From Thermodesulfobacteriota bacterium (lineage in GTDB: Bacteria > Desulfobacterota_D > UBA1144 > Nemesobacterales > UBA2774), in assembly GCA_965216785.1 (NCBI GenBank), contig OZ244197.1, positions 1,344,001 through 1,408,000 on the forward strand: a stretch of 64,000 nt of DNA. The letters are read 5' to 3'. A program made the translations under genes and the position numbers. Positions 44,108-52,593 of this stretch are shown here, piece after piece (the stretch's first letter is position 1; the number at the start of each line of letters is the position of its first letter). The notes under the pieces are model-generated. The model did not search any database, was not told the DNA's origin, and worked only from the letters and a program-made list of their open reading frames with translations.

Positions 44108-45160
44108 ATGTCTTGCAAAATAGCCGATATGAATTATCTCTGTGAGCGGGGTAAAAATTCTTCACCGGCCGTGCGCTATCTAAAGCTGTCTAGGGCAGGA
44201 GATTACTCGGGTGTGTTTAATAATATCGTAGGTAAGAGCACGGCGCTAAGGGCTGTGCTGAGTAAGGCAAGGCTCGTAGCGGGAACAAACGCTACAGTGT
44301 TGATTACCGGGGAGACCGGTACGGGTAAGGAGCTGATCGCCAGGGCCGTTCATAACGAGAGCCCGCGAAGAGAGCGCCCTATGGTAAAGGTCAACTGCTC
44401 GGCGCTTCCCGCAAACCTCATAGAGAGCGAGCTGTTCGGCCATGAGAAAGGAGCTTTCACCGGGGCCATAGATAAAAAGATAGGACGGTTCGAGCTTGCG
44501 GACAAGGGTACGATATTCCTTGACGAGATCGGGGACATGCCGCTTGAGCTTCAAGCCAAGCTATTGAGAGTGCTTCAGGAAGGTGAGTTTGAGAGGCTCG
44601 GAAACCCCAGGACCATTAAAGTGGACACACGCGTCATCGCGGCCACGAACCTTAACTTTGAAGAGGCGATTAAAGAAGGAAAATTCCGTGAAGACCTCTT
44701 TTACAGGCTAAACGTATTTCCCCTCCACGCACCGCCCCTCAGAGAAAGAAAAGAAGACATACCGGGGCTTGTTTCTCACTTCAGCGTAAAGCTGGGCGCG
44801 AAGGTAGGTAAGGAAATACATTCCATAAGTTATAAAGCGCTCGATCAACTCTCGCAATATGATTGGCCCGGTAACGTGCGTGAGCTTGAAAACGCTATAG
44901 AAAGAGCGATTATCACAGCCGAGAATAGCACGATACAGCCCGGGGAATGGATACCTCAAAAGAATAAGACACCGCTTGCTTCGGATGAAATATATACTTT
45001 AGAGGAAAACGAGAAGCGCCTAATCATGAGGGTCACCGAGCTTACGGGTGGTATTTTGAGCGGCGAAAGGGGCGCGGCAAAACTGCTCGGAATTAACCCC
45101 AATACGCTGCGGAGCCGAATGGAGAAACTTGGTATAAAAAGACGGCTCAGTGTTTGTTAG
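44108..45160 (+). CDS. sigma-54 enhancer-binding protein (AAA+ and Fis HTH) lacking an N-terminal sensor domain
   Basis: [50 protein letters not shown]; only about 35 aa precede the AAA+ domain; SD AAGGAGG. Confidence 0.93.
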   Translation: MSCKIADMNYLCERGKNSSPAVRYLKLSRAGDYSGVFNNIVGKSTALRAVLSKARLVAGTNATVLITGETGTGKELIARAVHNESPRRERPMVKVNCSALPANLIESELFGHEKGAFTGAIDKKIGRFELADKGTIFLDEIGDMPLELQAKLLRVLQEGEFERLGNPRTIKVDTRVIAATNLNFEEAIKEGKFREDLFYRLNVFPLHAPPLRERKEDIPGLVSHFSVKLGAKVGKEIHSISYKALDQLSQYDWPGNVRELENAIERAIITAENSTIQPGEWIPQKNKTPLASDEIYTLEENEKRLIMRVTELTGGILSGERGAAKLLGINPNTLRSRMEKLGIKRRLSVC

Positions 45161-45277
45161 GCTAAAAGATAAGTTACTTCGAGGGAACGCGGTGACCACC
45201 GCAATCCCGGACACTCACGACTGCTCTATAGTTTTACTCCCATAGATCCGCTACATATTCCGGTCTGTCCTCGGACT

Positions 45278-45376
45278 CTGATTTGATTCCTGCCCCGGCA
45301 TCGCTGTGAAGCGCTCGCCTCTGTCCCCTGATTTTATTCCCGCGGGCATCGCTGTGAAGCGCTCGCCTCTGTCCCC
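45278..45376 (+). repeat. tandem pair of a 48-bp element, with a third inverted copy at 40415-40457
   Basis: Identical 32-bp core GGCATCGCTGTGAAGCGCTCGCCTCTGTCCCC at 45297 and 45345. Confidence 0.9.
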
Positions 45377-45522
45377 ATTACGATATATCACAGAATTATT
45401 TTATTTCGCTATTAAATCTCATGATCCAAAGCTCGTGTGCGGGCGTATTATTGTGCAACTGATCAACATTGTTTAACGATAACAGGCGCTTGTATGGCTT
45501 AAATCAGCATAAAACGCACGTT

Positions 45523-45538
45523 TGGCACAGGGCTTGCA
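45523..45538 (+). promoter_or_regulatory. sigma-54 promoter of the ECF sigma gene
   Basis: TTTGGCAC-AGGGC-TTGCA. Confidence 0.85.
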
Positions 45539-45580
45539 CTTATCACGAATGTAAAAATAAAGGTGTTACGGAGAGTTAAG

Positions 45581-46273
45581 ATGAGCAATACAAATTTAGC
45601 GCAAACACAAAAAACAAAAGGCTACGACATGCCGGCGGCGGACCCAAAGCAGTTTAGCGGAGAGCCCGCAAGAACGGAATATCTGAAAGCGCCTGACGAG
45701 CTGCTCGCAGAGCTTTACGTCAGTAAAAAAGCACAATGGGCCTTCAATGAGCTCGTAAACCGGTACAGCTGCAAGATCTATAAGCTCGCATACAAGTTTA
45801 CTAAGGACGAGAACGGCGCCAATGACGTCCTTCAAGAGGTCTTTCTCGCATTGTTTCAGAAGCTCGATACATTTAGGGGAGAGTCAAAATTCTCGACCTG
45901 GGTTTTCGGAATCACCAGGAATACGAGCCTCATGTATCTGAAAAAACAAAGAAAGCACCTTAGGGACCTATCGCTTACTGGGGCCCCAGACGCTGAGGGC
46001 GATACGCCCGAGTTCCTGGTGGAGGACTGGAGGTTCATACCGGACACGCTGATTATGGAGGAGGAAAAGCGGTACAAAGTTGAAGAAGCGCTGAGCGCGA
46101 TACCCGAGAAGTACAATACCGTGCTCCGCATGAGAGACCTTGAAGGCCGGACGAACCTTGAGATCGGTGCGATATTGGGCATTAGCCTATCGGCTGTAAA
46201 ATCGCGGGTCAGACGAGCGAGGATGCAGCTTAAGGAAAGTCTGGTGCAATACAGGGTGAATGAGCTTTACTGA
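45581..46273 (+). CDS. ECF RNA polymerase sigma factor
   Basis: D.LQEVFL, F.GESKFSTW..I.RN, EIG.ILGIS..AVKSR..RAR. Confidence 0.93.
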   Translation: MSNTNLAQTQKTKGYDMPAADPKQFSGEPARTEYLKAPDELLAELYVSKKAQWAFNELVNRYSCKIYKLAYKFTKDENGANDVLQEVFLALFQKLDTFRGESKFSTWVFGITRNTSLMYLKKQRKHLRDLSLTGAPDAEGDTPEFLVEDWRFIPDTLIMEEEKRYKVEEALSAIPEKYNTVLRMRDLEGRTNLEIGAILGISLSAVKSRVRRARMQLKESLVQYRVNELY

Positions 46274-46403
46274 AACTCGCGCTTATTCCGGTTTTTCAAA
46301 GGGAAAATTGGAACTTTAGAACAATATTCTAGAGTCCCTTGTATATGGGTTTTAGAATGCGTTAAGGTTTGGATAGATATACGCGGGTAAGTATTCTGCG
46401 GCT

Positions 46404-46622
46404 TTAGTGGTAGTTTCGGTTAATTATCTGCTCTTCATCTTCGTCGTCGTCCCAGTCCTCGTCATCATCGTCGTCCCAGTCTTCTACGTCTTCGTCGTCG
46501 AACAATCCGTCTTCGTCGTCCAATTCGTCCCAGAGCTCCTCGTCTTCGTCCTCATCCCACTCGTCCTCATCATCGTTGCTCCACTCATCGTCTTTTTCAA
46601 GAAGCTTTAATTCTTTAGTCAT
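46404..46622 (-). CDS. very acidic Asp/Glu/Trp-rich small protein
   Basis: 72 aa with long D/E runs punctuated by W; SD GGGGGT and upstream TTGACA promoter. Confidence 0.7.
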   Translation of the reverse strand: MTKELKLLEKDDEWSNDDEDEWDEDEDEELWDELDDEDGLFDDEDVEDWDDDDDEDWDDDEDEEQIINRNYH

Positions 46623-46842
46623 TAAATACCCCCGAACTACAGAAATCTAAGGAAAAATTTGCACTGCCTAATTTATATCTGAAAACATACATCTTGGCAT
46701 AGAAATGTCAAGCAAAATTATAGACAGTTTGTAATGCCTGGAATTTCCGTTTAAATGCAATAATATTTAAATATTACAGGGTGTTAGAGGTGTCAAGTTG
46801 CCGGATGGCAGGGGCGAGTAGGTATGCTGTCCGGGCTTATTT

Positions 46843-47874
46843 CTATGTATCGTCCGCCGAGCCCGGATCGCTGTGGTTATTTAAGAATTCCTCGGCCTTT
46901 AGAACCATTTCTTCAGACCCGGTAAAAATCGGGGTTCTCTGGTGAAGCTCTACGGGCTCGATGTCCAAAATACGTCTTACACCGTCAGTAGATCTTCCCC
47001 CTGCCTGCTCTACTATAAAAGACATAGGGTTGCACTCGTACACGAGCCTCAGCTTGCCGACGGGGTGATCGTTTAACGGCGGGTAGATGTATATGCCACC
47101 TGTTATTAAGTTCCTGTGGATGTCCGCGACCATCGAGCCTATGTAGCGGGCTGAGTAGGGTGAGCTTGATTCCCTGCCTACTTTCTTGCAGTAATTTATA
47201 TAATCTTTTACGCCCTGCGGGAAGCTGTCAAAGTAACCCGAGTTCACGGAGTAAGTCCTTCCTTCCGGAGGGATCTTCATGTCGAGATGGGACAGGCAAA
47301 ACTCCCCGATCGAGGGGTCTAGAGTAAAACCGTTCACACCGTGCCCGGTGCTGTATACGAGCATGGTAGATGAGCCGTATATTATATAGCCCGCGGCTGC
47401 CTGTTCCGCGCCCTTTTGAAGAAAGTCCTGGATTGTACAAGGGGCCCCCGTGGGAGTGACTCTTCTATAGATCGAGAATATGGTCCCGACAGAAACGTTG
47501 ACGTCAATGTTGGAAGAGCCGTCTAGAGGATCGATTGCGACTACGTATTTACCCTCGTAAGAGGACTTGCCTTCAAACGCTATAAACTCCTCGTCCTCTT
47601 CAGACGCGACGCCGCAGCACTGGCCTCCGAGCTCAAGTGAGGCTATGAAGCGTTGATTGGCTAATATGTCGAGCTTTTTTACTTCCTCCCCCTGCACGTT
47701 CGTATAGCCGGTCGATCCGAGCACGTCCACAAGTCCCGCTTTACTGACGTCTCTGTGTACAATCTTGGCGGCAAGGGCAATGTTACGCAAGAGCCTGGAC
47801 AGCTCACCGGTTGCGTAGGGGAATTCAGTTTGTTTTCTGATAATAAATTCGTCTAAAGTCTGAACGCCGATCAT
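46843..47874 (-). CDS. fbp: class 1 fructose-1,6-bisphosphatase
   Basis: [38 protein letters not shown]. Confidence 0.96.
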   Translation of the reverse strand: MIGVQTLDEFIIRKQTEFPYATGELSRLLRNIALAAKIVHRDVSKAGLVDVLGSTGYTNVQGEEVKKLDILANQRFIASLELGGQCCGVASEEDEEFIAFEGKSSYEGKYVVAIDPLDGSSNIDVNVSVGTIFSIYRRVTPTGAPCTIQDFLQKGAEQAAAGYIIYGSSTMLVYSTGHGVNGFTLDPSIGEFCLSHLDMKIPPEGRTYSVNSGYFDSFPQGVKDYINYCKKVGRESSSPYSARYIGSMVADIHRNLITGGIYIYPPLNDHPVGKLRLVYECNPMSFIVEQAGGRSTDGVRRILDIEPVELHQRTPIFTGSEEMVLKAEEFLNNHSDPGSADDT

Positions 47875-48029
47875 AAACAAATATAATACCAAAATTCTAA
47901 GTGCTAGGGAAATTTGAGTTATAAATATCTAATGTTATCTAGAGGTTATGCGCGCTTTTTGTTTTAATAGGTGGTTTTAAGATGGAATTTTTATTACTCT
48001 TAGGTAAGCTGCCAGCGCACGGTATTAAA

Positions 48030-48058
48030 GAAAAAAGGGAGCCGAAGCCCCCTTTTTG
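48030..48058 (-). terminator. intrinsic terminator, GGG(G/A)GC-TTCG-GCTCCC family
   Basis: Hairpin and T-tract after the IPTL gene. Confidence 0.85.
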
Positions 48059-48084
48059 TTCTATTGTTGTCGTGGTTAACAGAT

Positions 48085-48768
48085 TTAAGCACTCACCTTC
48101 TTTCTGCGTATGGCTATCAGGCCGATAATTCCAAGCACTCCTGCCATAGCGATCATCCCCCATTCAGAGAGTGTGGGTATGGGTCGCGGCGGTACATGAG
48201 CATAAACAATGCGCTCATACTCGTTCTCGTCGATCCCAAGGTCTTCAATCGCTCCGCATCGATATCCTTCACTATTATTCAAATGCCAGCACAGCCTTTC
48301 GTCGTCAGCGCCGCTATTATCAATGTCGCAATTAACTTTCTTTACAACATCTCCCGCTCTGGCAAATCCCCAGGCATTCCCATCTTCTACTTCACCACCG
48401 ACATTGTTGAAATACCAGCCGACACCGTTTGCTATGTGAACAACATCAGTATTATCATCACCTGTATCGAAAGTGACGTCGCTCCTCTCGCCCTGGGCAA
48501 GCAGCATAAGAGTGGAGCTTCCGGTCATTCTACAGGACAGCATCAATCGTTCCCCGGGACATTGGGAGAGCACCTGGTCGGCGTCCATATGGACATCATA
48601 GGTGTCACGGTAGCACTCGGTCCATCCGCCACCGGTTACCGTGGCTACCGCTACATTCGTCTTAGGTCCGACCGGAAGGTAGCTCTGTGCTTTTACTTCT
48701 AGGGGTGTAAATATAAAAACCGCAACTGTTACTACAATTATTGGTAAAAATGAAAGTGCATTTTTCAT
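48085..48768 (-). CDS. IPTL-CTERM surface protein
   Basis: Signal peptide, Cys/Trp-rich domain, RPIPTLSEWG + TM helix + RRKK. Confidence 0.88.
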   Translation of the reverse strand: MKNALSFLPIIVVTVAVFIFTPLEVKAQSYLPVGPKTNVAVATVTGGGWTECYRDTYDVHMDADQVLSQCPGERLMLSCRMTGSSTLMLLAQGERSDVTFDTGDDNTDVVHIANGVGWYFNNVGGEVEDGNAWGFARAGDVVKKVNCDIDNSGADDERLCWHLNNSEGYRCGAIEDLGIDENEYERIVYAHVPPRPIPTLSEWGMIAMAGVLGIIGLIAIRRKKVSA

Positions 48769-48902
48769 CTTCCCTTCTCCTTTAATAGAAATTAATTTTT
48801 TCTAATATTACACATTTCCAAAATCAATATCAATTATTTTAAGTGACTCATCTTATATATTTCTCTTCTTTGACTATACAAGGAATTGTTATGATACGAT
48901 TG

Positions 48903-49472
48903 CTATTCAGAGTTTTTCTCGCGAGACTCTTCAATTTTCATTGCGGCCCTGATGCCCTCTTCCCGAATTACCTCTTTGGCTCTTAAAACACTCTTGTCAA
49001 AATCCTCGGGGAGGCTGTTTTTAACGACAGTGTAAGCCTGGTTAAGATAAGGGACGAGGGTCGAATTCTCGAGCGCAGAGTCATTTTCCGAGTAGAACAT
49101 GCCAAGCGATGAGGTGAATAGAAACGCGAGCACTGCTCCTATGATAAACCCGAGCAGTCCTCCGGCGCCCCTGTTTATCCAGGAGAGCTGAAGCGTGCCA
49201 ATGAGCTTAGCCGTTATCCAGCCCAGTATCTGGATGATTATGTAAGCCACAAAGCCTGAGATAATAAACCCGCCGACGTTCGCTATGGACTCATTGTCCA
49301 CAAGCCCCATGTCCATAAACACTCCCCCGGCGATATCGTAGAGGATGAAACCCACAATAATGCCGCCCACGAGCGCCGCTATGGAGAAAACCTGGCGGAT
49401 GAGCCCCCTGTAGATGCCGATCAGGGTGAATACCGAGAGGATGATTACGATGGTTATGTCGAGCCAGTTCAT
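48903..49472 (-). CDS. cvpA: CvpA family membrane protein
   Basis: MNWLDI, G..RG.I, L.W.NR..GG.LG. Confidence 0.88.
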   Translation of the reverse strand: MNWLDITIVIILSVFTLIGIYRGLIRQVFSIAALVGGIIVGFILYDIAGGVFMDMGLVDNESIANVGGFIISGFVAYIIIQILGWITAKLIGTLQLSWINRGAGGLLGFIIGAVLAFLFTSSLGMFYSENDSALENSTLVPYLNQAYTVVKNSLPEDFDKSVLRAKEVIREEGIRAAMKIEESREKNSE

Positions 49473-49638
49473 TGTTTAGACCTTCGAGCTGTTTTCTATA
49501 ACATAATGACCGGACTGTTTCATAATTCAATCTCGCCGTGGATTCACATATGTCTTAACATTCCCGCAGTGGATTATCTTTGCGTGCTCGACTACAATAC
49601 TTATAAGGTTTAAATGATCATGGGAGGGCTTTTTGTAA

Positions 49639-50910
49639 ATGGACAGTAAAGAGCTTAAAACCACCTGCCCGGAATGTAACTCTGAAATATACGTCGATGA
49701 AATCCTTCATAAACAGATAGAAGAGAAATATAAAAGGAAATACGCGGAAGAAGCGAAAAAGTACGAGGCTGAGAAATTAAAGTTAGAGCAAGAAAGAGAA
49801 GAGCTGCAAAAGACCGTCGCACAGACCGTCGAGCAAAGGATGAAAGCCGAGAAGGAGAGTCTTGAGGAAAAGCTGAGGAAAGATATTGAAAAAGAGAACT
49901 CAGAGCAATATAGCTCGCTTCAAAAAGAGCTGAACGAGAAATCCGAGCAGTTAAAGGACTATAACAAGTCAAAGGCCGAAATTGAAAGGTTGAAAAGGGA
50001 AAAGGACGAGCTTTCAGATAAAATTCAGGCCGAAGCCGAGCAAAAGCTCAGTACGCGGATAGCGGAGGAAAAGGAAAAGATACAAAAGTCCGTCCAAGAA
50101 GGAATGCAGCTAAAGATTTCCGAGAAAGAAAAAGTGATAGACCAGTTGAAGGCCCAGCTCACAGAAGCCCAGCGCAAAGCCGAGCAGGGCTCACAGCAGC
50201 TTCAGGGCGAGGTGCAGGAGCTTGCGATCGAAGAGTATCTCAAGAGCACCTTTCCGCTCGATAGGATAGAAGAGGTGAAAAAGGGTAAAAAGGGCGCGGA
50301 CTGCCTTCAGATCATAAACACCGAGTACAGCCAGAACTGCGGCTCTATCTATTACGAGAGCAAGCGGACCAAGACGTTTCAGAGCTCTTGGATAGAAAAA
50401 TTAAAGACCGACATGCGTGTTATGAAAGCTACTGTGGGAGTGATTGTTACTGAGACAATGCCGCCCGATATGGACGTTATGGGCCAGAAAGAAGGAATAT
50501 GGGTGTGCAGCTTAAGGGAGTTCAGGAGCCTTAGCCAAGTGCTGCGCGAATCTCTAGTGCGGGTGAGCGACGCCCTCTCGGCGCAGGAGGGTAAAGGGGA
50601 CAAGATGAGCCTCCTCTACGATTTTCTGATGAGCGACGAGTTTAAGCACCACATAAAGGACATTGCCGAGGCGCTTGTCGATATGGAGAAAGACCTGGAA
50701 AAAGAACGGCGAGCCATGGAGGGGCTGTGGAAAAAGCGCGAGAAGCAGAACCATAAGGTGCTTACGAACCTGAATATGATGTTCAACTCCATAAAGGGCA
50801 TTGCCGGAAACTCCCTCGGCACGATCACGGCGCTTGAGCTTCCGTCTCTTGAGAAGGCTGAAAATGACAGCGGGACAGACACAGAAAATGACCAGGACGA
50901 GCTGTTTTAG
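49639..50910 (+). CDS. DUF2130 coiled-coil protein
   Basis: N-terminal CP.C, coiled coil, QGSQQLQGEVQEL, GADC, ESKRTK. Confidence 0.9.
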   Translation: MDSKELKTTCPECNSEIYVDEILHKQIEEKYKRKYAEEAKKYEAEKLKLEQEREELQKTVAQTVEQRMKAEKESLEEKLRKDIEKENSEQYSSLQKELNEKSEQLKDYNKSKAEIERLKREKDELSDKIQAEAEQKLSTRIAEEKEKIQKSVQEGMQLKISEKEKVIDQLKAQLTEAQRKAEQGSQQLQGEVQELAIEEYLKSTFPLDRIEEVKKGKKGADCLQIINTEYSQNCGSIYYESKRTKTFQSSWIEKLKTDMRVMKATVGVIVTETMPPDMDVMGQKEGIWVCSLREFRSLSQVLRESLVRVSDALSAQEGKGDKMSLLYDFLMSDEFKHHIKDIAEALVDMEKDLEKERRAMEGLWKKREKQNHKVLTNLNMMFNSIKGIAGNSLGTITALELPSLEKAENDSGTDTENDQDELF

Positions 50911-51047
50911 CAAGAAACTTCAATTTATTTAACCTTGGAGCGGCTCCCACGCCTAATCCTCATCGCGACTTCCCCCTGAATTTTTGAATAATACACTGAT
51001 AGCTCGGTATTTTGACTTATGTAAAGTGTTCAGATAACTTAAAAACC

Positions 51048-52031
51048 GTGATGGGTTTTTCCGAAATTCTATCTGTTATAGCACCTGACTTAGAGGAAGT
51101 TGAGGCAGAGCTTGAGAGCTCGATCCAGTCCCCTGTGCCTTTGGTGTATGAAATTTCCAAATATCTGCTTGGAAGCGGGGGCAAGAGGCTCCGTCCGTCG
51201 GTGCTTCTGCTCATAAGCGGGGCGTGCGGCAACCTGGAAGGAAAGGAGAGAATCTACTCCGCAGCCGCTCTAGAGCTGATACACACCGCGACGCTTCTTC
51301 ACGACGACGTAGTGGATGAGGCCAAGCTGAGAAGGGGCAAGACCGCCTCGCACGTCGTGTGGGGCAATAAGGCTACTGTGCTCGTCGGGGACTTTATGCT
51401 GGCCCGGGCGCTCGGGCTGATACAGTCATGCGGTAACCTGGAGCTCATAAAAGCCGTAACCGACGCTGCGGCAAAGCTTGCGGAGGGGCAGGTGCTCGAG
51501 GTGATGAGCGCAAACAGCATGGTCGAGGTGTCTGAGGAAATATGCTTTGGTATTATCGAGAACAAGACGGCTTCGCTGATTGAGAGCTGCGGTACTGTAG
51601 GCGCTATATTAGCGGGGGCTGAGGACACGCTAAAGCACTCGGTAGGGCAGTACGGGCTTAATATAGGTATTGCTTTTCAGCTCATCGACGACGCGCTCGA
51701 TTACTCGTCGAGCGAGGAGGAGTTCGGAAAAGGAGTGGGTCAGGATCTCGTTGAGGGCAAGATGACCCTTCCGCTCTATTATTCACTGGAGCAGGCCTCC
51801 GCGCCTGAGAAATCAAAAGTGAACGATATACTTGTCCGCGAAGACTTTGGAGACGGAGAGCTTGATTTCGTACGGGATATAGTGGAGCGCTATAAAGGAG
51901 TTGAAAAGACCAAGGTGGTAGCGAAAGACTATATACACAAGGCCAGGGAATCCCTCTCGCCCGTTCCTGAAAATATTTATAAAAACTCACTTAGCCAACT
52001 TGCCGATTTTGTAGCGGAAAGGAAAAACTAA
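51048..52031 (+). CDS. polyprenyl diphosphate synthase (IspB-like)
   Basis: GKRLRP, LLHDDVVD, RRG, FQLIDD.LD. Confidence 0.93.
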   Translation: MMGFSEILSVIAPDLEEVEAELESSIQSPVPLVYEISKYLLGSGGKRLRPSVLLLISGACGNLEGKERIYSAAALELIHTATLLHDDVVDEAKLRRGKTASHVVWGNKATVLVGDFMLARALGLIQSCGNLELIKAVTDAAAKLAEGQVLEVMSANSMVEVSEEICFGIIENKTASLIESCGTVGAILAGAEDTLKHSVGQYGLNIGIAFQLIDDALDYSSSEEEFGKGVGQDLVEGKMTLPLYYSLEQASAPEKSKVNDILVREDFGDGELDFVRDIVERYKGVEKTKVVAKDYIHKARESLSPVPENIYKNSLSQLADFVAERKN

Positions 52032-52054
52032 AAGATTATCTTTTTTGCTAACGC

Positions 52055-52507
52055 TCAAATCTCAAGCATCATAACGTAGGCGTCTTCGCCCGTATCCGAG
52101 TAGTATTTACGCCTAACCTGTATGGTTTTAAACCCTAGCTTCTCGTAGAGCTTCTGAGCCCCAATATTTGTTATGCGTACTTCCAGGATAGCGTACTTAA
52201 GCCCTTTCTCGGCGGACTCCACGATGCAGTCCATCATGAGCTTTTCTCCGAGACCGCTCTTTCTGAACTCGGGGTGTACCGCCACGTTCAGTATGTGTAC
52301 CTCGTCGTAGATTGTCCAGGTCACGATGTATCCTACCACAATGCCGCTCATGCGAATCACCCGGTTGTAGGATGTGCTCGACTTTATCTCCCTCTCAAAG
52401 ATCCTTTTGGGCCAGGGCGAGGGGAAGCTGACGTTCTCGATCGCCACTATGCCGTCAAGGTCGGCGGGCGTGATTATGTCTATTTCAAATTTAGGAGCTT
52501 TCTCCAT
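52055..52507 (-). CDS. rimI: ribosomal protein alanine N-acetyltransferase
   Basis: E..SF..PW, E.HILNVAV, LEVR, R.KYY....EDA. Confidence 0.92.
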   Translation of the reverse strand: MEKAPKFEIDIITPADLDGIVAIENVSFPSPWPKRIFEREIKSSTSYNRVIRMSGIVVGYIVTWTIYDEVHILNVAVHPEFRKSGLGEKLMMDCIVESAEKGLKYAILEVRITNIGAQKLYEKLGFKTIQVRRKYYSDTGEDAYVMMLEI

Positions 52508-52593
52508 ATCAATAATTTTTTCGGTTTTATGCCGATATGTCCAGAGTGAAATTTATAAAAGGGGGTTATTTCCGCTATTGGTTGATGCGGGAA

